DNA from: a virus
Virus record (IMG/VR): IMGVR_UViG_3300036398_002324
Length of the DNA stretch: 64,000 bases
Reading direction: 5' to 3' (one strand)
Translations under genes and position numbers: made by a program
Notes under the pieces: model-generated
Told to the model about the DNA's origin: nothing
The model's database searches: none
The model's input: the letters and a program-made list of their open reading frames with translations, nothing else
Shown: positions 29,579 to 39,573 of the stretch, piece after piece
How the letters are laid out: each line of letters begins with the position of its first letter
Position numbering within the stretch: the stretch's first letter is position 1

Positions 29579-30105
29579 AATACTTTGACGAACTAAAACG
29601 TGCAATGAACATGCTTGCTGGTGATCCAAGAGTTATCTTTATGGGTCAAGCAGTAGAGTATGCTGGTACAGCAATGTCTAACACACTAAAAGATGTTCCT
29701 AAAGAACAATTATTAGAAATGCCTGTGTTTGAAGACACACAAATGGGCATGACATTGGGTTTAGCACTTGCTGGTTATATTCCTGTGAGCATTTATCCAC
29801 GTTGGAATTTTCTAGTGTGTGCAACAAATCAGTTAGTCAATCACGTAGATAAAATTACGATGATGTCCGATTACAAGCCAAGAATTATCATAAGAACTGG
29901 TATTGGTTCTGAAAGACCTTTACATCCACAACATCAACATGTCGGTGATTATACAGATGCCTATAGACTTCTTTGCCCAAATACTGATATAATTAAGTTA
30001 GAAGAACCAAGACATGTCTACGATGCATACTGCACAGCATATCTGAGAAGAGATGGAAAATCTACCATATTGGTTGAGTATGGTGATTATTATAATGAAA
30101 AATGA
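29575..30105 (+). CDS. TPP-dependent E1-beta/transketolase pyrimidine-binding subunit (no C-terminal domain)
   Basis: VIFMGQ, EMPVFED..MG...GLAL.G, NQLVN, HPQHQH. Confidence 0.82.
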   Translation: MKYFDELKRAMNMLAGDPRVIFMGQAVEYAGTAMSNTLKDVPKEQLLEMPVFEDTQMGMTLGLALAGYIPVSIYPRWNFLVCATNQLVNHVDKITMMSDYKPRIIIRTGIGSERPLHPQHQHVGDYTDAYRLLCPNTDIIKLEEPRHVYDAYCTAYLRRDGKSTILVEYGDYYNEK

Positions 30106-31085
30106 TCATATCTAAAACACCGTATCGTTTATCTTTATTTGGAGGTGGCACAGATTATCCAGCATGGTATGAAAAACATCCATCTAGAGTAATCTCTGCT
30201 GCAATGGCTCATTATTGCTATATAAGTTTAAAGAAGTTACCGCCTTATTTTGAACATGCTAATCGGATTATCTATTCAAAGATAGAAACTGTTGATGACA
30301 TATCTGAGATAGAACATCCTTCAGTAAGGGAGTGTTTAAAGTATTATGATATATCTAATGGTATTTCTATTAGCCACGACGGCGACCTTCCTGCTCGTTC
30401 TGGCATTGGATCATCTTCTGCATTTACTGTTGGACTGGTAAATGCCATCACAACTTATCTAGGCAAATCAAATCATGCATATGACCTTGCTAGAGCAGCA
30501 ATAGATATTGAACAGAATCGAATTGGTGAATCTGTCGGTGTACAAGATCAGATTGCAGCCGCTTATGGTGGTTTAAATGTTATTGAACTTTCAAAAGACA
30601 AAATAAAAGTTTTATCTTTAGATGTATCTTTTGAATACGAAAACAATTTAGAAAAGCATATTATGTTAGGCTTTTCTGGTATTGATAGATTTTCTGATGT
30701 TCATGCTAAACAACAAGTTGAAAATATTAAATCAGGCAAATCGGAAAAATATTTGGATGCTATATCCAGAGTATCAAATTGTGCATATGATTTAATGATT
30801 GATGAACAACCGATGAAAGAGTTAGGCGACCTTCTTGTTGAACAGTGGTACTACAAAAGAGAACTAACAAATGATGTAACGAGTGAGTATATAGATACAA
30901 TATATAACAAAGCAATAAAAGCTGGTGCATATGGTGGTAAATTGATGGGTGCTGGTGGTGGTGGTTTCTTTATGTTTCTTGCTCCGCCTGATGCACATGA
31001 AAAAATTAAACTAGCAATACCTGAAATCAACGTGTGGGTGCCATTTAAATTTGACTATAGTGGCAGCACAATTATCATGGAGTGA
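30102..31085 (+). CDS. GHMP sugar kinase, HddA (heptose-7-phosphate kinase)-like
   Basis: SKTPYRLSLFGGGTD, DLPARSGIGSSSA, G.QDQ, GKLMGAGGGGF. Confidence 0.85.
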   Translation: MIISKTPYRLSLFGGGTDYPAWYEKHPSRVISAAMAHYCYISLKKLPPYFEHANRIIYSKIETVDDISEIEHPSVRECLKYYDISNGISISHDGDLPARSGIGSSSAFTVGLVNAITTYLGKSNHAYDLARAAIDIEQNRIGESVGVQDQIAAAYGGLNVIELSKDKIKVLSLDVSFEYENNLEKHIMLGFSGIDRFSDVHAKQQVENIKSGKSEKYLDAISRVSNCAYDLMIDEQPMKELGDLLVEQWYYKRELTNDVTSEYIDTIYNKAIKAGAYGGKLMGAGGGGFFMFLAPPDAHEKIKLAIPEINVWVPFKFDYSGSTIIME

Positions 31086-32263
31086 CGATGAAGTATCCTT
31101 TAATGTCTGATAATATTACAAGAGAAGATTTAGATTTGGTAATAGAACATCTCAAAAAAGATAATCCAAAACTTACGAATGGACCAGAGTGTCGTGCTTT
31201 TGAAGAAGCATGGTCTAAATGGTTGGGTGTAAAGTATTCAGTCTTTGTCAATTCCGGTGCTTCTGCAAATCTATTGTCAATGACAATGTTGAAGATTAAA
31301 CATCCAGAAGGTGGTGAAGTGATTGTGCCGCCATTTACATGGGTATCTGATATCGCTTCTATTCTTCAATGCGGATTCACTCCAGTATTTGTTGACATCG
31401 ACTTAGACACTCTTGGTATGAATGAGGATGGCATACTAAATGCTATCACAGATAAGACACGTGCTGTCTTTATAACTTACGCTCAAGGCTTCGACTGCTT
31501 ATCTGACAGAGTATTAGAAGTTCTTCGTCATCGTAACATTCCTTTGATTGAAGATGTGTGTGAATCGCATGGTGCAACACATAATCAAAAGCTTTTGGGT
31601 AGCTTTGGTTGGATGTCAAACTTCTCATTTTATTTTGCACACCACATGTCAACGATTGAAGGTGGTATGGTTTGTACAAATGATGAAGAAGTTTATCACA
31701 CAGTTCGTATGCTCCGTTCACACGGTATGGTACGTGAATGCGGTAGTTCAAAGATGTCTGAAAAATATAAAGCAGAAAATCCAGAATTAAATCCAGATTT
31801 CATTTTCGCATATCCAGCATACAACATGCGTAACAATGAAATTGGCGGTATACTTGGTCAAAATCAGTTGAAATATCTGGATGAAAATGTTAAACTTAGA
31901 AATAAAAATCTATTTCACTTCTTATCAAAGCTAGACCAGAAAAAGTATAAGGTAGATTTTAGATTGATAGGATGTAGTAACTATGCGTTTAACATAGTGC
32001 TACAGCATGACTATTGTACAGAATATTTTGTAAATCGTTTGATGGGTAAAATGCGTGATGAAGGAATTGAGTTTCGTCGTGGCTCTGCTGGTGGTGGAAA
32101 TCAATTGAGACAACCATATTTGAAAAATATTGTACCAGAAAATCATTATAGGAACTTTCCGAATACTGACCACATGCATTTTTATTCGTTCTACATTGGA
32201 AATTATCCAACACTAAAAGAATCAGCAATCAATGAAATCGTAAACATTTTAAATAGGGTATAA
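31082..32263 (+). CDS. DegT/DnrJ-family PLP enzyme, ColD-like NDP-4-keto-6-deoxysugar 3-dehydratase
   Basis: VNSGASANL, EDVCESHG, FSFYFAHHMSTIEGG with His at the usual Schiff-base Lys position. Confidence 0.82.
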   Translation: MTMKYPLMSDNITREDLDLVIEHLKKDNPKLTNGPECRAFEEAWSKWLGVKYSVFVNSGASANLLSMTMLKIKHPEGGEVIVPPFTWVSDIASILQCGFTPVFVDIDLDTLGMNEDGILNAITDKTRAVFITYAQGFDCLSDRVLEVLRHRNIPLIEDVCESHGATHNQKLLGSFGWMSNFSFYFAHHMSTIEGGMVCTNDEEVYHTVRMLRSHGMVRECGSSKMSEKYKAENPELNPDFIFAYPAYNMRNNEIGGILGQNQLKYLDENVKLRNKNLFHFLSKLDQKKYKVDFRLIGCSNYAFNIVLQHDYCTEYFVNRLMGKMRDEGIEFRRGSAGGGNQLRQPYLKNIVPENHYRNFPNTDHMHFYSFYIGNYPTLKESAINEIVNILNRV

Positions 32264-32264
32264 T

Positions 32265-33206
32265 ATGGGACAGTGGCGAGTATTAGTAACTGGTGGAGCT
32301 GGTTACATTGGTTGTATTCTAGTAGAATACTTATTGCAAATAGGATGTAAAGTTACTGTATTGGATAACTTTATGTTTCGTCAAAGTGGATTGAATCATC
32401 TTTGTGAAAATAAAGACTTGACCATCGTGAATGGTGATATTCGTAATCCAGCACATATGGCACAACTGCTGAAAGAAGCAGATATTATTATTCCTCTTGC
32501 TGCACTTGTTGGCGCACCATTGTGTAACAAAGATGTTGTTGGTGCAGACACAACAAATAAAGATGCAATGTTCTGGATGCTAAAGAATGTATCAAATGAA
32601 CAGCGCATCATTATGCCTACAACAAATTCTGCTTATGGTACCGGTGATGAAAATAACTTCTGTACAGAAGATTCTCCACTACGTCCTATTTCAAAGTATG
32701 CGGTCGATAAAGTTGCAGTAGAAAAAGAATTAATGCAGCGTGAAAATTCAATCAGCTATCGTCTTGCTACAGTATTCGGTATGTCACCGCGTATGCGTAC
32801 AGATTTGTTGGTTAATGACTTGACATATCGTGCAGTGAATGATGGTTATACTATCATCTTTGAGGGTCACTTCAAACGTAATTATGTCCATGTGCGTGAT
32901 GTATGTGAAGCATTCTTACACGCAATTCATCAGTTTGAAAATATGCGTGGTAATATTTACAACGTAGGTCTTTCTTCAGCAAACGTTTCTAAATTAGAGT
33001 TGTGTGAAATTATTAAGAAACATATTCCAAGCTTTACAATCGTAGAAGGCGATATCAAGAAAGACCCTGACCAACGTAACTATATCGTTTCAAATGAAAA
33101 GTTAGAAGCAACTGGATGGATGCCATATCATACACTTGATGATGGTATTGTTGAACTTATTAAGGGATACACATACATCAAGAACAATATTCATGGTAAT
33201 GTATAA
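32265..33206 (+). CDS. NAD-dependent sugar epimerase/reductase (extended SDR)
   Basis: VTGGAGYIG, YAVDK (YxxxK), RLATVFG. Confidence 0.88.
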   Translation: MGQWRVLVTGGAGYIGCILVEYLLQIGCKVTVLDNFMFRQSGLNHLCENKDLTIVNGDIRNPAHMAQLLKEADIIIPLAALVGAPLCNKDVVGADTTNKDAMFWMLKNVSNEQRIIMPTTNSAYGTGDENNFCTEDSPLRPISKYAVDKVAVEKELMQRENSISYRLATVFGMSPRMRTDLLVNDLTYRAVNDGYTIIFEGHFKRNYVHVRDVCEAFLHAIHQFENMRGNIYNVGLSSANVSKLELCEIIKKHIPSFTIVEGDIKKDPDQRNYIVSNEKLEATGWMPYHTLDDGIVELIKGYTYIKNNIHGNV

Positions 33207-33742
33207 TGGCAACCCATTACGTAAACAACGCTGATTTTTTAGCAGCATTAATAAAATATAAAGAAGATTGCGTCATATCGGAGAGAGATGGAACACCAGA
33301 ACCAAAAGTTCCAAATTACATTGGCGAATGTTTTCTAAAAATTGCGGAACATCTATCAAGAAAACCAAACTTCATATCATATACTTATCGTGATGAGATG
33401 ATATCTGATGGTGTTGAAAATTGTTTGATGTACTTCCGCAATTTTGACCCGGCAAAATCAACAAATCCATTTGCTTATTTTACACAGATAATATATTATG
33501 CATTCTTACGTAGAATTATGCGTGAGAAGAAACAGTTATATGTTAAGTATAAAGCAACACAACAATTTGGATTACTTGATGAGGGAGAGATGTTTGAAGA
33601 TGAAGATGGAAACATGAGGCAATTTGAATTGTATGATAACATCTCAGAATTTATCCATAATTTTGAAGAGAATAAGAAAAAGAAAAGCGTAAAGAAAGCA
33701 ACTGGACTTGAACAATTTTTGGATGATGAGACTGAAAAATGA
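33206..33742 (+). CDS. gp55: Late sigma factor gp55
   Basis: HYVNN, YIGECFLKIA.HLS.KPNF, NPFAYFTQIIYYAFLRRI. Confidence 0.95.
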   Translation: MATHYVNNADFLAALIKYKEDCVISERDGTPEPKVPNYIGECFLKIAEHLSRKPNFISYTYRDEMISDGVENCLMYFRNFDPAKSTNPFAYFTQIIYYAFLRRIMREKKQLYVKYKATQQFGLLDEGEMFEDEDGNMRQFELYDNISEFIHNFEENKKKKSVKKATGLEQFLDDETEK

Positions 33743-34179
33743 AAGTAGGATTTAATTGCAGTACATTTGATTTGTTTCATGCAGGTCATGTAACGATGTT
33801 GAGAGAAGAAAAAAGATATTGTGACTATCTTATTGTTGCAATTCAAGTTGACCCAACCGTTGATAGACCAGACACAAAAAATAAACCCATAATGTCCATT
33901 TATGAACGTTATGTCTGTGTCTCAGCATGTAAATATGTTGATGAAGTGATTGTTTATCACACCGAAGAAGACTTGTTGAATCTTTTGAAGACACAGCACA
34001 TCGATATCCGTTTTCTTGGTGATGAGTATAAAACAAAAGACTTCACTGGAAAACAGTGGTGTTTAGATCATGGCATAGAATTACATTATCATAATAGAGA
34101 ACACCCATACAGCAGTTCTTCATTACGAAAACGCATTTACGAAGCTGAACTAGCTAAACTGGAAAATAAATCTAAATGA
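33739..34179 (+). CDS. Cytidylyltransferase (TagD-like)
   Basis: FDLFHAGHV (HxGH) and R.H.YSSSSLR motifs. Confidence 0.85.
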   Translation: MKVGFNCSTFDLFHAGHVTMLREEKRYCDYLIVAIQVDPTVDRPDTKNKPIMSIYERYVCVSACKYVDEVIVYHTEEDLLNLLKTQHIDIRFLGDEYKTKDFTGKQWCLDHGIELHYHNREHPYSSSSLRKRIYEAELAKLENKSK

Positions 34180-35246
34180 AACTATGTATTTTAGGTGATA
34201 CGCATTTTGGTATGCGTAATGATTCGTTGGACTTTCATAAATATGCAGAGAAGTTTTACAACGATGTATTTTTTCCTTACCTAAAAGAAAATGGTATTTC
34301 AACCATTATACAACTGGGCGATTTATTCGACCGCCGTAAGTTTATCAACTTTAATTCACTATACTTGTGTCGTGAATATTTTTTTGATAAACTTAAAGAG
34401 AACAACATCACACTTTATACATTGCTTGGTAACCATGATGTTGCGTTCAAAAACACCCTTCAAGTTAATTCATCACAATTACTTCTAGACGGATATGATA
34501 ACATTACTGTATTGGATACTTTTACTACAATGCAGTTTGATGGGATTGATGTTGATATTGTACCTTGGATATGTGACGATAACGAAGCTGAAATCTTATC
34601 TGAGATAAAAAAATCAAAGTCACAAATTTGTTTTGGACATTTCGAACTTGCTGGTTTCGAAATGGACCGTGGAAATATTTGTCATGAAGGTCTAGATAAA
34701 AAGAAGATTGACAAATATGATGTTGTTCTTACTGGACATTTTCACCACAAATCAACTGACGGTACAATCACTTATGTTGGTACGCCATATGAAATAACTT
34801 GGGCAGACTATAACGACCCAAGAGGATTTCATATCTTTGATACCAATACAAGAGAACTTGAGTTCATACGAAATCCACATCGTATGTTCTACAAACTAAA
34901 TTATAAAGATGATTTGGAACATTTTGCAGAAAACTACAGAACATTTGATTATTCCATCTATACAGGAAGTTATGTGAAAGTTGTTGTTCTATGTAAACAA
35001 AACCCATTCTTGTTTGATATTGTGATAGATAATCTTTATAAAGCTGGCGTAGCAGACTTGTCGATTGTTGAAGACTTTGGTGATGTAGAAAATGGAAACG
35101 ATGATACTTCCATCGATGAAGCGGAAGATACAATGACAATTCTTTCTAAGTACATAGATAACTTGACACTTGATGTAGAGTCTGTTAAACTTAAAAACAT
35201 TATGCACGAACTTTACATTGAAGCGTTAAGCACTGATACTGAATGA
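34176..35246 (+). CDS. gp47: Recombination endonuclease gp47 (Mre11/SbcD-like)
   Basis: DTHFG, GDLFDRRK, GNHD, GHFH. Confidence 0.93.
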   Translation: MKLCILGDTHFGMRNDSLDFHKYAEKFYNDVFFPYLKENGISTIIQLGDLFDRRKFINFNSLYLCREYFFDKLKENNITLYTLLGNHDVAFKNTLQVNSSQLLLDGYDNITVLDTFTTMQFDGIDVDIVPWICDDNEAEILSEIKKSKSQICFGHFELAGFEMDRGNICHEGLDKKKIDKYDVVLTGHFHHKSTDGTITYVGTPYEITWADYNDPRGFHIFDTNTRELEFIRNPHRMFYKLNYKDDLEHFAENYRTFDYSIYTGSYVKVVVLCKQNPFLFDIVIDNLYKAGVADLSIVEDFGDVENGNDDTSIDEAEDTMTILSKYIDNLTLDVESVKLKNIMHELYIEALSTDTE

Positions 35247-36952
35247 TACTATTCAAAAAATTACGTTGGAAAAATCTACTATCTACCGGCAACCACTTCA
35301 CAGAAATTTTACTGAATGGTAACTCCAACACACTGATTGTCGGCTCAAATGGCTCAGGTAAATCCACGATGCTAGATGCATTGTGTTTTGTGCTATTTGG
35401 CAAACCATTCCGTAATGTCAACAAACCGAATCTTCTAAATAGTATTAACGGCAGAGATTGTGTCGTTGAGATTGAGTTTTCTATTGGTAATAAAGAATAT
35501 AAGATTATTCGTGGTATAAAACCAAATACGTTTGAGATATACCAAGACCAAGTTTTGCTGAACCAAGACGCGGCTGTAAGAGATTATCAAGACTATCTAG
35601 AGAAGTTTATTCTCAAACTAAACTATAAGTCTTTTACACAGATTGTAATCCTTGGTTCAGCATCCTTTACTCCTTTCATGCAGCTATCTGCTGCTGACCG
35701 TCGAGCAATCATAGAAGATTTGCTTGACATTCAAATCTTCTCCACAATGAATAGTCTTGTTAAAGAGAGACTTTCAAATAATAAAGACTTGATGATTCAA
35801 AAGAAGAATGAAATTGAATTATACAAGCAACGTTATGATTTGAAGAAAGAGCATCTAGACAAACTCAATCAAAACAATGAAGAGAAGATAAAAGAATATG
35901 AGAAAGAGATACAGAGTAGTAGAGAAAGCATTGTCTCCTTATCAAATGAAATTGACTTGTTGGGCAAAACCATCACCGAGTTGGATGCCCACGTGGCAAA
36001 AGCACCTGAAGTTGAGAAGAAGATTGCTGCGTTTAGAAAGATTGAGTCGCAAATTGAAAGCAAGATATCCAAAGTGGAACATGATAGACATTTCTACGAA
36101 CACAATCCTGATTGCCCAACCTGTAGGCAAGCCATTACCCTGGAGTTTAAAGAGGGGCAGCTTTCAGAACTTCAATCGAAAGAGCAAGAACTGTCTGGTG
36201 GTATAGGAGAACTGAGAACAAAAATTACTGAACAAGAAAATATTCTAACAGTTATACGTGATGATGAAAAGAAATTAAATACATTAAAGATTGAAGTTGC
36301 TACCAAGAAGACTGGTATGCAGGGCTTGCAAACTGCAATCACCAAATTAGAGAAACAAATTAAAGAATTACAAACGACTGAGAAAGAAGATTCAAATCAA
36401 AACGAATTAGTTACAATTCAGAATCAGATCAAACAAGCACAGAGTGAATTGAAACAGTTAATTGATGATAAAGCATATTATGATGTTGCTTCAACATTAC
36501 TCAAAGATACTGGTATCAAAACCAATATTGTAAAACAGTATTTACCAGTCATCAATAAACTGGTTAACAAATATCTGTCTAGCATGGACTTCTTTGTCAA
36601 CTTTAATTTGGATGAATCGTTTAAAGAAACAATCAAGTCAAGACATCGTGATGATTTCAGCTATCATAATTTCTCAGAGGGTGAGAAACAACGTATTGAT
36701 ATGTCATTGATGTTGACATGGAGAGCGATTGCTAAGTTAAAAAATTCCATAAATACGAACTTGTTGATACTTGATGAAGTGTTTGATTCAAGCCTTGATG
36801 TTGGTGGTACAGAAGACTTGATGAAAATATTGCATACACTAAATGACGCTAATCTTTTTGTTATAAGTCATAAGGGTGATATACTGCAAGATAAATTTGC
36901 TAATACAATTCGATTTGAGAAATCAAAGAACTTTTCGAGGATAATGAAATGA
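35243..36952 (+). CDS. gp46: Recombination ATPase gp46 (Rad50/SbcC-like)
   Basis: GSNGSGKST, CPTC hook, FSEGEK, LILDEVFDSSLD. Confidence 0.95.
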   Translation: MILFKKLRWKNLLSTGNHFTEILLNGNSNTLIVGSNGSGKSTMLDALCFVLFGKPFRNVNKPNLLNSINGRDCVVEIEFSIGNKEYKIIRGIKPNTFEIYQDQVLLNQDAAVRDYQDYLEKFILKLNYKSFTQIVILGSASFTPFMQLSAADRRAIIEDLLDIQIFSTMNSLVKERLSNNKDLMIQKKNEIELYKQRYDLKKEHLDKLNQNNEEKIKEYEKEIQSSRESIVSLSNEIDLLGKTITELDAHVAKAPEVEKKIAAFRKIESQIESKISKVEHDRHFYEHNPDCPTCRQAITLEFKEGQLSELQSKEQELSGGIGELRTKITEQENILTVIRDDEKKLNTLKIEVATKKTGMQGLQTAITKLEKQIKELQTTEKEDSNQNELVTIQNQIKQAQSELKQLIDDKAYYDVASTLLKDTGIKTNIVKQYLPVINKLVNKYLSSMDFFVNFNLDESFKETIKSRHRDDFSYHNFSEGEKQRIDMSLMLTWRAIAKLKNSINTNLLILDEVFDSSLDVGGTEDLMKILHTLNDANLFVISHKGDILQDKFANTIRFEKSKNFSRIMK

Positions 36953-37527
36953 GTGAAATTCTAACAATTGATACATCTGCTGGTCTACAAACAGCCGAAA
37001 GAATTGATCCTCTTCGTGTATACGGAGAAGATTTTTCTATGCTTGGTCAAAAAATACCAGAATATACTGGTACGTTTCCAGCACCAGCATTAGTTACACT
37101 GAGTAAACGATTGAAGATGACGATGAAGCTTTATGCTGGTCTTGGTCTTTCAGCAAATCAGTGTGGTGTTGCTGAAAGAATGTTTGTAATTGGAACAGAA
37201 GAGTTTCAACTAGTATGCATCAATCCAAAAGTTACCGCAGCTGGTCCATTTGTAAAAGATAAAGAAGGTTGTCTTTCTTTTCCTGCATTGTTTTTGAATG
37301 TTGACCGTCCATCTTGGATTGAAGCAGAGTTTTTGGATGAAAACGGTGAAACAAAACAAGTGAGATTAGAAGGTCTTTCTGCACGTTGTTTCCTACATGA
37401 ACTTGACCACCTTGATGGAATAAGATATACTGAGTATGTTAAACCACTTGCATTAAAAATGGCAAGACAGAAAGCTAATAAGATGGTAAAGAAAATTATT
37501 AGAGGAAAGAAAAATGAAAAAGTCTGA
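36949..37527 (+). CDS. def: Peptide deformylase
   Basis: GLGLSANQ, EGCLS, HELDH motifs. Confidence 0.92.
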   Translation: MSEILTIDTSAGLQTAERIDPLRVYGEDFSMLGQKIPEYTGTFPAPALVTLSKRLKMTMKLYAGLGLSANQCGVAERMFVIGTEEFQLVCINPKVTAAGPFVKDKEGCLSFPALFLNVDRPSWIEAEFLDENGETKQVRLEGLSARCFLHELDHLDGIRYTEYVKPLALKMARQKANKMVKKIIRGKKNEKV

Positions 37528-37864
37528 GATTCAAGAAACTGGCACATATGAAAATTGTATGGAGTTGCTTACTGATGAATATCAACCACCAACTCTAAAT
37601 CGTTTTTTTGGTGAGAGTGATGATGACAATGAAGGCGTTGATGTTCAAAATGCCGAATGGCAAAAGCATTGGGTTGGTATGCCAATGTTTGAACAGAATG
37701 ATAAGAAAACATATAAAACAATCTATCTTCATTTCCGAAACAAAGAAGATTATGAAGCGTTTGCAAAATTGGTGGACCAAAATCTTACAGAGAAAACAAA
37801 ATCAATCTGGTATCCAAAACTTGAAAGAGATGAAAACTCTTTGAAGAGATGGATTGAGGCATGA
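37514..37864 (+). CDS. Small hypothetical protein of the type found beside phage DNA glycosyltransferases
   Basis: W.GMP.F.Q...HF....D...F..L..Q.LT.KTKSIWYP; internal TLNRFF. Confidence 0.6.
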   Translation: MKKSEIQETGTYENCMELLTDEYQPPTLNRFFGESDDDNEGVDVQNAEWQKHWVGMPMFEQNDKKTYKTIYLHFRNKEDYEAFAKLVDQNLTEKTKSIWYPKLERDENSLKRWIEA

Positions 37865-38661
37865 GTCAAGTAGATTTTCTTAAAGAAAAGCCTCAAGTAT
37901 TGTTTGAGTATTTTCTCAAAGATTATGGCAGTTTGTTTTCTATAGATGCCGAAGAGTGTCGAGCAATTCGAAAGACTGATAAAATCTTTCAAGAATTGTC
38001 GAACAAATGGTATGATGATTTAGCAAATACAGATACCGGAAACATCTATGAGGTTTACAATCATGACTACTATTTTATTGATGTGTTCAATTGTTTTGTC
38101 TCATATAGTCGAGACTACGTTAAAAGAATTTTAAAGTCATCACACTTTGGAGAACTGAAAGAACCTAAAGTTATTGTTGATATTGGTTGTGGTATAAGTT
38201 ACAGCACAAGTTTATTGAAACAGTTATTTCCTGAAGCCAAAGTTTATGCAATCAATCTAAGAGATACTAAACAATGGAAGTTCTGTGAAATAATGGCAGA
38301 AAGAATGAACTTCAATCTAGTTGGCTCAATTACTGAGATTGGCGAACCTGTTGATATATTATTTGCTTCAGAATACTTTGAACACATTTATAATCCGATT
38401 GAACACGTTGACGATATTATTGGTACTCTAAAACCGAAACATATGATAATTGCAAACTCATTCAACACATGGGGGATGGGACACTTTACACAATATGATG
38501 TTTATGGTACAATGGTGAGTCAAGAAAAAATAAGCAAGATGTTTAATCAGCATTTGAAAAGAAGACACTATGATAACATCAAATGTGGAATATGGAATAA
38601 CAAACCTTTGATATGGAAAAGAAATGACGAATCCGACACATCCAGTTTATATCGTTTCTAA
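37861..38661 (+). CDS. Class I SAM-dependent methyltransferase
   Basis: IVDIGCG motif I; FASEYFEH. Confidence 0.75.
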   Translation: MSQVDFLKEKPQVLFEYFLKDYGSLFSIDAEECRAIRKTDKIFQELSNKWYDDLANTDTGNIYEVYNHDYYFIDVFNCFVSYSRDYVKRILKSSHFGELKEPKVIVDIGCGISYSTSLLKQLFPEAKVYAINLRDTKQWKFCEIMAERMNFNLVGSITEIGEPVDILFASEYFEHIYNPIEHVDDIIGTLKPKHMIIANSFNTWGMGHFTQYDVYGTMVSQEKISKMFNQHLKRRHYDNIKCGIWNNKPLIWKRNDESDTSSLYRF

Positions 38662-39520
38662 GGGTCGTTCTGATACAATGATTACGTCAAAATCATTGTC
38701 CAGAATGAAAGTACCTCATTATATTGTGATTGAACCACAAGATGAAGAAGCGTATGATAAAGCATTAGATAAATTTAATATTCGTGATTATGTCACGTTG
38801 ATTGTTGCACCATTCAGTAATCATGGTGATGGCCCTGGTCGTGCAAGAAACTTTGCATGGGATCATTCTATTTCTATTGGTGCAGATAAACATTGGGTAC
38901 TTGATGATAATATTTCTGATTTCTATAGACTGCATCAAAACTATCGTATCCGTGTAGAGTCTGGTGTTATCTTCAAAGCAGCAGAAGATTTTGTTGACCG
39001 ATTTGAGAATGTACCAATCTCTGGTTTTCAGTATCGATTCTTTATTGCACCAAATCAAAGTTATCCACCTTATGTAAAGAATACTCGAATCTATTCTACA
39101 CTGTTGATAGATAACAATTGTAAACATCGTTGGCGTGGTCGTTACAATGAAGACACTGATATCTGTCTGCGTGTTTTGAAAGATGGTGATTGTACTATTC
39201 AGTTCAATGCATTCTTGCAAGGTAAAGCAGCAACACAAACTGTTAAGGGTGGTAACACTGAAGAGTTTTATCACAAAGAAGGTATTGAAAAGAATGTTTG
39301 GATTGATGGTGTGAATGCTGAAGGTACGAGAAACAAATCTGAGATGCTGGTAAGAATGCATCCAGATGTTGCACGAATGGTCTGGCGATACAAACGCTGG
39401 CATCATTACGTAGACTATTCACCATTCAAGAAGAATGAACTGCGTTACAAAAAAGACATCATTTTACCAAAAGAACCAAACGAATATGGTATGAAACTTG
39501 TAACGAATTTCAAAGCTTGA
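38624..39520 (+). CDS. TET-associated/GREB1-like GT-A glycosyltransferase (putative DNA-base modifying)
   Basis: PVYIVSKGR, ARNFAWDH, HWVLDDNI, RGRYNEDTD, GGNT, RWHHYVDY. Confidence 0.7.
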   Translation: MTNPTHPVYIVSKGRSDTMITSKSLSRMKVPHYIVIEPQDEEAYDKALDKFNIRDYVTLIVAPFSNHGDGPGRARNFAWDHSISIGADKHWVLDDNISDFYRLHQNYRIRVESGVIFKAAEDFVDRFENVPISGFQYRFFIAPNQSYPPYVKNTRIYSTLLIDNNCKHRWRGRYNEDTDICLRVLKDGDCTIQFNAFLQGKAATQTVKGGNTEEFYHKEGIEKNVWIDGVNAEGTRNKSEMLVRMHPDVARMVWRYKRWHHYVDYSPFKKNELRYKKDIILPKEPNEYGMKLVTNFKA

Positions 39521-39545
39521 CAATCCATTTATCTCCGATTATACT
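39517..39545 (+). promoter_or_regulatory. sigma70 early promoter
   Basis: TTGACA-17-TATACT. Confidence 0.8.
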
Positions 39546-39573
39546 AGATGTATAGTGATGATTGGAGATAAAG

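Noticed and set aside
28979-30105. Annotation as a pyruvate dehydrogenase auxiliary metabolic gene
   Set aside because: Subunits are truncated, no E2/E3 is present, and the context is nucleotide-sugar genes
35898-36206. Overlapping 102-aa ORF in a slightly GC-richer part of gp46
   Set aside because: No RBS or motif; explained by coiled-coil codon bias
38765-39406. 213-aa minus-strand ORF
   Set aside because: Lies wholly antisense to the glycosyltransferase; composition typical of a shadow frame
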